A stretch of DNA of 63,944 bases, filler included, from Octopus bimaculoides (taxonomy: Eukaryota): NCBI RefSeq assembly GCF_001194135.2. It is 7 parts of 6 records of this genome, joined end to end, with 100 filler letters (N's around TTAATTAATTAA, not from the genome) between each part and the next. Parts side by side here need not be neighbours in the genome. Positions count along the whole stretch, not along the records: positions 45,947 to 59,437 come from NC_068987.1; positions 59,538 to 62,675 come from NW_026303213.1; positions 62,776 to 63,944 come from NC_068992.1; 4 more parts are not named here. The stretch is one strand, 5' to 3'. The notes below the pieces were generated by a model. The model was not told the origin of the DNA. It did no database searches and saw only the letters and a list, made by a program, of their open reading frames with translations. Both the position numbers and the translations under genes were made by a program. Shown piece by piece: positions 54,121-63,944 of the stretch (the first letter of the stretch is position 1; every line of letters starts with the position of its first letter).

Positions 54121-54734
54121 CAATCTTAAAGACCAAAATAGTAATATACATTCATTAGTTTTGGCTTTGCAGAATTAATGATTCGTTGCTTTTCGGCACA
54201 GATGTGCATACAATTGTTATTAATTACTTGTAATTAGTTGATGAGACAACAAAAAAAACATTTCACGTCTTTTGCGCAAGGGCTACTTTCTTAGATAAAA
54301 AATTAAAATGGATTTATTGTGAAACTGCCATTTTCTCGTTATGGGAATTGTTATTAGAACGTAAGAATTGAGCATTGGTTGATGAAATAGAATAATAAAC
54401 TATATAACGACATCTGAGTCTAAACTTATTAATGGAAACTTATACTGCGTTAGTTAATGAGTCAGTGTGGTTTTAAATATTCTCTCTTATTATAATCGTT
54501 ATAAAGACAATTAACCATGTTGTTTTGTTTTAATAATGTTTTTATTATGTATATATNNNNNNNNNNNNNNNNNNNNNNNNNNNNNNNNNNNNNNNNNNNN
54601 NNNNNNNNNNNNNNNNNNNNNNNNNNNNNNNNNNNNNNNNNNNNNNNNNNNNNNNNNNNNNNNNNNNNNNNNNNNNNNNNNNNNNNNNNNNNNNNNNNNN
54701 NNNNNNNNNNNNNNNNNNNNNNNNNNNNNNNNNG

Positions 54735-55917
54735 AAGATATTCTCATCCAATGTCACCAAATGAGGTTTATGTTTCAACAAATCTCTCATTGCAGTCTAT
54801 ACGGTATTGCAGTGCTTGGATCCCATTGGTGAAGAAGCTTTCATCCTGTTGATAGCAAAAGTTTTCAACAGTAGATATGACGTTATCATCATTGTGATAT
54901 TGGTTCTCAGTCAAGCGTTTTTTCTATGTTCGGAAACAGATGACAGCCAGGTGGGGCCAAGTCAGGAGAAGGGGCATGTAATCAACCAGTTCAAAGCCAC
55001 AGTTACGTACAGTAATCATTTAAACCGATGACTTGTTTGTTGGAGCATTGTCCTGATAAAATAAGACCCCTTTCGTCAGTTTTCTATGCATTTGGTCTTC
55101 TTAGCCTTTCGGCACTGCCTCAACAAGATGGCATACTTCATTGATGGTGTGGCCCTTTTGAAGATAGTCAGTAAATACAATGACTTTTGCATCCCAAAAC
55201 ACTGAGGTCATTAGCTTCCTTACTAATGAAACAATCTTCGCCTTGTTTTGGAGCAGATGAAGGGAGTGTTTCTACTGCATGAATTGTTGCTTTGTCTCTG
55301 TCAATTGTTGCTCTGATGGAAATGTTAAAGGAAACAGCTGGATCTACCTCAAACAATGCCAGATTCTACCGTGATATGATCGGCCTGGGGCGCTTTTGAT
55401 CACGTGTCAGATAACGTGGTATTAACCGAGCAAATATCAAGTTCATTGTGCAGAATATTTTCAACTTTCTCACGGAATATGCTAACAGCATTGGTCATTT
55501 GATTTATAGTCAATCGCCAGTCATTCATCAGCATGTGATGAATACGATCAACGTTTTCTTCGGTGGTAGCAGTTGTAGGACGTCCAGACCTCAGGTAATC
55601 TTTAAAACTCTCCCTTCCCCTCCTAAATTCAGCTGCCCATTTTTGCACTGTTGATAAAGCTGAAACATCATGCCTAATGCAGCAACCATTCATAAAACTC
55701 GATAAAACTTCATAAAACTTGATAAAACGACGATGCAATATTTTGCTAATTTTCAAGGAAAGTCATGATTAGTTAATTTTGAAGTGTTTTTTTTTTATCA
55801 GTATAGCTGGGGGGAAAACGCAATGCTGTTACTAAGAAAAAGAATTGAAATTAATGCATGCAACATTTCATCTATTCATTGTCAGCCTATGAAGCTTTCA
55901 GCCCATATTCGTTCGAG
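54735..55917 (-). mobile_element. Near full-length decayed mariner
   Basis: TVQKWAAEFRRGRESFKD..RSGRPTTA (HTH), GVLFYQDNAP, a PSPDLAP-like motif and a TIR-like tract at ~55885-55917; similar to the 19280-19814 fragment. Confidence 0.8.
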
Positions 55918-56115
55918 CGCACGCCTGTTTTGTTCATTTGTGGGATCTACAAAAAATGTATTCCACCCAATAAAAGATAAACATCACTTAATATACGCAG
56001 GTTTTAGATGTGACTCCGGTTTTAATACTACAATAGTCGCAAGAGATTGTATAGAGTACCATTTACTATGGAACAATGTTTCAAACTCACATTCTTGACA
56101 TATAACACAGTTTCT

Positions 56116-56151
<36 letters not shown>

Positions 56152-56850
56152 AGAATTTAAAAAGGAATGTTGTAGGTACGTATTATATATTTGACAAAAT
56201 GAGTAGAGATGACTCTGGTATGAGTTTCAATCTTCAAAAGACCGTTTTCAAACTGAAAAATGTATGTCTTACTGGTTGCTTAAATAGCAAAAAAAAAAAA
56301 AGAAAATTATTACAAGTATACGCACAGAAAATATACACAAAATCGGGAAAATATTTTAAAAAAATACAAAAGCATGTGTGTAGNNNNNNNNNNNNNNNNN
56401 NNNNNNNNNNNNNNNNNNNNNNNNNNNNNNNNNNNNNNNNNNNNNNNNNNNNNNNNNNNNNNNNNNNNNNNNNNNNNNNNNNNNNNNNNNNNNNNNNNNN
56501 NNNNNNNNNNNNNNNNNNNNNNNNNNNNNNNNNNNNNNNNNNNNNNNNNNNNNNNNNNNNNNNNNNNNNNNNNNNNNNNNNNNNNNNNNNNNNNNNNNNN
56601 NNNNNNNNNNNNNNNNNNNNNNNNNNNNNNNNNNNNNNNNNNNNNNNNNNNNNNNNNNNNNNNNNNNNNNNNNNNNNNNNNNNNNNNNNNNNNNATACAT
56701 ATACTAATATACGTACACGCCTCTTAACCCTTATACCATTGAATGTACATACACATTTATGGACATTTATATATACACATATTTCAATACACACATATAT
56801 ACATATATATATATATACACACATACACATATATATATATATACACACAT

Positions 56851-56899
<49 letters not shown>

Positions 56900-57509
56900 C
56901 ACATACATAGACCTGCATCCATACATATACACACATACATGCACGCATCCCACACACATATATATATTTGTGCTATGACTTTTTCACAACCTAATAATCC
57001 TATACTGTAATTCGATGAATAGTTTCATAAAAATGAGCAAACTTACGTTTATTATGCTTTATTTCAAAAAATATCACCCCTAACTTAAGAAATTGATCAC
57101 CACTTTTGATCAAAATCATGCAAAAGTCTAATGGGTGGGGGTCATAACGCCTGCTCAAGTTTTTACTAAACGTGGTGTACTGACTCAATGTAATGCAGAA
57201 ATATTATATCTGATATTTCAGATTTCTTGTTGAAGTAGTTTTGGAGTTATTGACTTTTAAAACCATAATCACTAGATGGCACTAGATTCACACTTCAATC
57301 CTTGTAAACGTAGGAGAGATGTGGAATTAAAGTGTACTTATACATTTTTAAGATTACTGAATTCAAATTGCAAAGGTTCAAAACTCTGGCTATTTTAAAA
57401 CAGTGGCTCCTACAAGTATTCGATAACATACAAAATTTAAAACAATGCATATTTTTAACTTTATAGGTTTAATTCCAATTTTAATCAACTGTATAAGAAA
57501 AAGGGTGCT

Positions 57510-57930
57510 GAGTGTTAGCAAATTTTTAAACATAACAAATAATTAATATGTTTTGTAAGATAAAATAAATCGAAGCTGAAGTTTCTCCTTCTTTTTACAA
57601 ACATCATAAAGATCTTGAAGGCACTTGATTGCCCGTTCTGCACTCTGATTTGTTCTGGGAATTTCTAGTTTTAATGGTTCTCGACTCCAAACTGTTTTAC
57701 AAAGTTAAATGTTTTTTTATGAACTTGCGGGCTACCACATAACTTCTGATAATCATGTGCAATGAACATTTGGTCAGAAAACCCAAAATCTGCCCTGTTG
57801 CAAGACATGAATCGAGAAACATTGAGAAGCAAAATTCTTTTCTCTGGTAGAAGTATAAATGGCAAAATAGCTAGTATTGCTCGAGAATTCCATCTTGCAT
57901 TACTTAAGTTGAGTATACATACATACATAC
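57510..57930 (-). mobile_element. DNA-transposase C-terminal fragment (possibly hAT-related)
   Basis: SNARWNSRAILAIL..FSDQ, then in a shifted frame LEIPRTNQSAERAIKCLQDLY..LQLRFILS; the NxxAERxIK motif is recalled from invertebrate DNA transposases. Confidence 0.45.
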
Positions 57931-59059
57931 ATATACAGACTTCATTAAAACATTAAACAGATTTCATTTATAGGTTGCTATTATTCTAGTGGAAGACCCT
58001 TAATGAGATTAGTCGAACATATCAATACAATTACTTTTTTCAGCCTGATAATTATTTTTATCGGCCAGTATTAATCGAATTACTTTTTTAAGAGACACAA
58101 CAGTAATTCCAAAACAGATTCTAATTCAGATACATAGATAATGACATATATACAATGGGCTTGTTCAGTTTCCATCTCATCAAATTCCATTCATCGACTA
58201 TGTTGCTCAAACCGAGGCTATAGCACAAAACGCATCCCCAAGGATCCACAGAGTAACAACAAACCGGAACTACTTGTTGAAGCCTCATATTGCATTTCGT
58301 ATTATCAGAAAATCGTGGGTTCTTAGAACTATAGTGAGGTCATTGGTTTTAATGTATTTGTTATCTTCTAATTTTTGTTTATATTATGTCTGTATTAGAA
58401 ACAATAATCTTTAATCAGATATATAACGTAAAACATCTAAGAAATTGCTTAAAGGAACTCTATATCCAATTATAAAGAAAGATACACTTTCTAATCTAGC
58501 TCAATATTTAATTATTGATATATGGGTCTTAACCAGAATATTTAAAAGAAAAAAAGTCTTAAGCAAATGGACCGCAATTATGCGTCATTCAATATTTATA
58601 TTTCTCTTCATAGAAACCGGTTTATCTCAAGGGCATCCACTATTAGGAAGGTAAGAAATTTATTTATCATTAAAGCTTCTATCTTAAGCAAGGTCAGATC
58701 GAATATCGAACGAAAATTGCTGGTAATAGAAATCCGTTTAATGTAGTAGACGCACATAAAATAATTGAAGCAGGGTCTGAAGGATAAGGGAGTGTCTGTA
58801 ACTCAGTGTGAAACAAAATATCGCAAAGTACTTTGAACAAAATACACCAGCGTTTCGAATTTTTTGCTGATGTTCGCTTCACTCGAAGATTAACATCAAT
58901 AAAAGAGGCATATGAACAAATGTACTCATACTTACCCATGCATATACACATACATGCATACTTACAAACAAACTAGTGGAGGGCCATAATGGCTGGCACC
59001 ATAGATAAAATAGTCGTGGATTAGAACTATAAGTGGGCGAGTATTTTCCATGCGTACCA

Positions 59060-59295
59060 CATGTCCAGTCCACCAATTTGAGGCATCCAGGATCAACACT
59101 CTGAAGGAGAAAACGGTCCAGCGTAGAACAAGGTTTTATCTACACCCCAATGGCGGATACCATTACTGTAATGCCAAAAAACGAATCTGCCGTTCCCGGA
59201 TAAGTGTCAGTTCGTACGTGAGACGACACGATCAAACAGTACACAAAGAACACTGCGCAACTGTGTCTCGTTGAACGCACGCAGACAGGCATATA
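59060..59295 (+). mobile_element. RTE-like LINE 3' end
   Basis: KRICRSRISVSSYVRRH resembles the RTE terminal CxSRIGLxSHxRxH motif, followed by a (TA)n tail. Confidence 0.6.
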
Positions 59296-59537
59296 TATAA
59301 ACATATATATATATAGCTAGAGGCGATGGCTTCTTGGAGCTAATTCACGGCAGCTTTCGTCCTAATTTTGGGACTGCCATGTTGGCTTGGCGATAACTAT
59401 TAATTTCCAGTACCGCTGCCGTAGTCTCCTTTAGAGANNNNNNNNNNNNNNNNNNNNNNNNNNNNNNNNNNNNNNNNNNNNTTAATTAATTAANNNNNNN
59501 NNNNNNNNNNNNNNNNNNNNNNNNNNNNNNNNNNNNN

Positions 59538-60590
59538 TATGTTAAATGTTTGAAATGCAAATCTGTGAATGAAAATTAACTTCAGACTTCTACATGGTAG
59601 GTAGACCTTGTAGAAATAGCAGCCAAATGGAAAGAATTTATGGGGAAATTGTATGTAAGAAGTAAAGCAAAAATGAATTGTAACTGTACTGCCAAAGTTC
59701 TGCAACTTAATAGCAGATGTATCCAATTGAAAGAAAGTGAAGATAAAAGTTAAGTGGAGAATTATGGAATAAGTCATTCGTATCCAAAAACGCGGATTTT
59801 TGGCAAAAGAAATTTTAGAAATAAAAAAAATGTGAGAGAAGAAGTGGTGGTGGGGAGGGCGGAAGTGTTTCCAAAATATCTTTGCAGGAAACAGCTTCAG
59901 GAGTTTTGAAGAAAGAATTTCTAGGTAGTCTGTTTCTGAGAAGTATTTTATTGGACCTGTGTAATCACGCATTTTAAGGTACTCACACATACATAGAAAA
60001 GGTGAGGTCATGGTAGAAAATTTTTATGATAGCTGATGTATGAAAAAGATGTTAAATGTTTGAAATGCAAATCTGTAAATGGAAAAGAAGTTCAGACCTC
60101 TACATGGTAGGTAGGCCTGGTAGAAATAGCAGACAAATCTCCCTCAAAGCACCCCTACTGTATTAATGCTACAAATCTGCATATTATGCAGTTTGAATGA
60201 GAAGCTGTAAGGTGTGTGAGCAACTGGTGTTAATGGCAGAAGAAAGGGTAATTGCATGTGAGGTCATGGTAGAAAACTTTTACAATAGTTGATTTATGGA
60301 AAAGATTGTTAAATGTTTGAAATGCAAATCTGTGAATGAAAAATAAGTTCAGACCTCTAAATGGTAGGTAGACCTGGTAGAAATAGCAGCCAAATCTCTC
60401 TCAAAACACCCTTACTGTATTAATGCTACAATTCTACATATTATGTTAAGAAGTTGACGTTAAGAATTGCTTTAACAGAAAATGAACCTGTAAGAATGAA
60501 CAGGAAAATTGTATGTAAGAATTAATAGCAGACGTATCCAATTTAAGAAAAGTGAAGAGAAAAGGTAAGTGAAGTATGGAATAAGTAATT
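59538..60590. repeat. Local diverged duplications (three copies of a ~185-bp unit, two copies of a second unit)
   Basis: gttaaatgtttgaaatgcaaatctgt..atggtaggtag..gtagaaatagcag at ~59540, ~60050 and ~60307; ttgtatgtaagaa..ttaatagcaga(t/c)gtatccaatt..tatggaataagt at 59643-59776 and 60500-60586. Confidence 0.85.
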
Positions 60591-60934
60591 GTTATACGCT
60601 TATAGAAAAACAATTTATATTATAAAAATTGATACATACCTGTTGAAGATTAAAATGTATGTAAGAGCTATTGTTTTCGACGCATGTATAATCATAGAGA
60701 AACTGAAAGACATGAAATGTCCGTTTGTATGTGTATGTGTGTGTATTTTTGGCGGGATTTTTGCATTTAGCAGGAGTTAGTTTGTGTTTTGTCTCTCGAT
60801 CAATGGCCGGACAAGTGAAAAGGAAAGGTGAAATATATATAAACAATATGAGGGATCACTATATGGATCCCTCGTATGCTAAATATAGATGTCAAACCAT
60901 CTTACCATTGTTGTGTCAGCAAGTATGAAATATC

Positions 60935-61700
60935 TAGAAAAGAAAAAGAAGTTTGCTGATGTTTTATAAATAAAAGGAATAGTCTTATTCACCAAAATAT
61001 GCACCCATATTGTCAATACACTTTTGACATTTCAGCCGTAGCTTGTCCAGCCTGGAAGTGTAAAAGCCTGGCAATCTAGAGTCAATAAAATCTTGAAAGG
61101 CCTGTTTTACAGCATCGTCAGAATTAAATTTCTTTACTATCAAAAAATTATCCAAATTCTGGAAGAAGTGGTAGTCAATGGGGACAAGATAAAGTGAGTA
61201 TGGTGGATGATGGAGAACTTCCAACTCCAACTCCTGGAGTTTCACCTATGTCATTTTTGTGATGTGTGGTCTGGCATTGTCTTGCAATAAAATAGGAGCG
61301 GATCTGTTGACTAATCTAGGCTGTTTTTTTTTTTTTGTAAGTTTGTGCATCATTTGGCCCAATTGGCTGCAGTATACTTCAGCCATTATTGATGAGCCAG
61401 GTTTAATGAAATCATAATGGATCACGCCTGCACCAGACCACCAAACACACACCATCAGCCTCTTTTGATGAAGTCTACTTTTTGGACTGTGTTTTGGTGG
61501 CTCATCTTTGTCCAACCATTAAGCTGAACATTTGCAGTTGTTGTATTGGATCCATTTCTCATCACGTTACAATTCGATTAAAAAATGATGCATTTTTATG
61601 ACGAGAAAGTAGCATAATGCAGGCTTCCAAATCATGCTGTTTCTGATTTTCATTGAGTTATGTGCAGCCCACTTATCCAACTTTTTCACTTTACTGATTT
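60935..61700 (-). mobile_element. mariner transposase relic (different subfamily)
   Basis: KRLMVCVWWSGAGVIHYDF, LLQDNARPH and HPPYSLYLVPIDYHFF (D,D34D-type region). Confidence 0.9.
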
Positions 61701-62409
61701 GAACTAGCTAACACCAAAGAACAACGACTATTCACAGGCACTCTGAGATGGATCATATGCCCGAAGAGAATTGTCCAATCAAACATTTGATTTTTTAAAT
61801 TATTCAACCCACCATTTCTTTTAAAATTTTAACCTTGTGATTCTGATGAGAGATATATAGAATATTGCTATNNNNNNNNNNNNNNNNNNNNNNNNNNNNN
61901 NNNNNNNNNNNNNNNNNNNNNNNNNNNNNNNNNNNNNNNNNNNNNNNNNNNNNNNNNNNNNNNNNNNNNNNNNNNNNNNNNNNNNNNNNNNNNNNNNNNN
62001 NNNNNNNNNNNNNNNNNNNNNNNNNNNNNNNNNNNNNNNNNNNNNNNNNNNNNNNNNNNNNNNNNNNNNNNNNNNNNNNNNNNNNNNNNNNNNNNNNNNN
62101 NNNNNNNNNNNNNNNNNNNNNNNNNNNNNNNNNNNNNNNNNNNNNNNNNNNNNNNNNNNNNNNNNNNNNNCGCAATCATAGGAAAGCGGTTTCACTCACT
62201 CACTCTATCTCTCTTTTATTCTTTTACTGGTTTCAGTCATTTGACAGCAGCCATGCTGGAGCACTGACTTAAATCGCGCAAATCAATCCCACTACTTATT
62301 CTATTGGTCTCTTTTGCTGATCCGCTAAATTACGGGACGTAAACACACCAGTATTGGTTGTCAAGCAATGTTGGGAGGACAAACACACAAACATATTCAC
62401 ACACATACA

Positions 62410-62500
62410 TATATATAATGGGATTCTTTCAGTTTCTGTCAACCAAATCCACTCACAAGGGTTTCATTGGCCTGAAGCTGCCACGCAGTGGGACTGAGGA
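62410..62500 (-). mobile_element. SINE fragment (second family)
   Basis: ttctttcagtttctgtcaaccaaatccactcacaagg..gccacgcagtgggactga is the reverse complement of the 38045 and 23158 SINE body. Confidence 0.65.
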
Positions 62501-62622
62501 CTGAAATACATACATATATATCGGTGGATATATATTACATACCGAAGGGCTTGGTAAAAATTATTAATTGTTGATTTATTAATAAATTAATAAATTGATA
62601 AACCTTTACCCTTTTAATTTGT

Positions 62623-62660
<38 letters not shown>

Positions 62661-62931
62661 CATCATCATCATCATNNNNNNNNNNNNNNNNNNNNNNNNN
62701 NNNNNNNNNNNNNNNNNNNTTAATTAATTAANNNNNNNNNNNNNNNNNNNNNNNNNNNNNNNNNNNNNNNNNNNNCTTTGAAGCATGAAGAATGTGTACC
62801 GGATCTTGGCAGAGTTTTGAATTCTTTAAAACACTAGTTTGCTGGGGCAATAGTCTGACAATGCAGACATAGAATTATTTAAATGCATCAATAACTTAAC
62901 ATTGATTTTTTTTTTTTTTTTGCCGTTGAAT

Positions 62932-63270
62932 AGACGCAGGAGTGGCTGTGTGGTAATTAGTTCGATTCCTTCACTACTGTGTGGATGCGATTTTACTTCG
63001 CTGCTGCAGTCACGTCGCTGTACAAGAAAGTCGTGAATTATTGAGGCACAACTACAAGGTAGTGAGTTCGATTCCCTGACCGGCCTGCGTGTTGTATTTT
63101 TGAGCAGGATACTCTATTTCACGTTACTCTAGTCCATTCAGCTGTCGAAATGAGTTGCAACGTCACTAGTGCCAAGCTGTATCATCCATTGTATTTTCAT
63201 TTGATAACATCGGTGACGTGGACAGGGGAGTTTGTTATGCATGGGTGACTGCTGGTATTACATAACCAAA
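62932..63270 (+). mobile_element. SINE-like fragments
   Basis: gcaggagtggctgtgtggtaa (A-box-like) and gagttcgattcc (B-box-like) motifs. Confidence 0.55.
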
Positions 63271-63912
63271 CATTCCTGTATTTGTGCCACAAAGAAAAAC
63301 CTTCTAAGCACCATCTCCTGCCCATTTATGACCGAAAGCGATCTTTACCATTTTTGATATGGAAATATGTAAAAATCCTATAGTCCATCAGTTTCCTCAG
63401 ATATCATTACATGAAGGCACCATCGACCAAATGAATGTTTTAGGATACATTCATCTGAACATGTCATAATATGTAAGTAGACTAGACACTTAGAACTTTC
63501 AGATGAAGTGCACTGTCCGTTCTATAAAAAAATATATCAAAATAAAAGTAAGATAATACCGACTGGAATGTATCTTACAGATCAAAGCATTAAACGCAGA
63601 ACTATCATTATGCATTTAATGATTTCATTTGGTGGAAATAGCAGAAAGAGAAAACTCTTAAAATATTCACATTCTATATACATCTTCCCTTACCTCCTAC
63701 AATCCCATCAGAACCACGCATTCAGTATGATGGGAGAGTAGACACATTAAAATGAAAACACCCTTGTTGTTACACAAGCATGAATTGCATAAATAAAGGA
63801 TATTTATCCGCCAATGATGTGTTTAAGTACTCATTCTCACTGTTCAGAATTAGCGTGATTATGTATGTATACACACACACACACACACACATATATATAT
63901 GCACGTATGTAA

Positions 63913-63944
<32 letters not shown>

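Overview
This is AT-rich, gapped eukaryotic (animal) genomic DNA dominated by microsatellites and decayed transposable elements. I infer a cephalopod, probably Octopus, from recalled octopus-type tRNA-derived SINEs; this was not checked against a database. I found no convincing host exon, rRNA, tRNA, CRISPR array or prokaryotic operon, and most listed ORFs are translations of microsatellites or N-runs. Recognisable elements are: five R4/Dong-like RLE retrotransposon relics, each next to (TAA)n on its sense strand; two Tx1/L1-like copies lacking the RT domain plus a third C-terminal fragment; several RTE fragments; two Penelope-like GIY-YIG fragments; mariner and Tc1 relics; MITEs; a probable solo LTR; and multiple SINEs. 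The most notable structures are a decayed type I hammerhead-ribozyme-like fold (35245-35350, minus), a 1.2 kb foldback element carrying TTAGGG-like repeats with a target-site duplication (10280-11473), and a perfect 146-bp-arm palindrome (39807-40115). I cannot claim a new biological system from sequence alone; these are candidates needing database and population checks.
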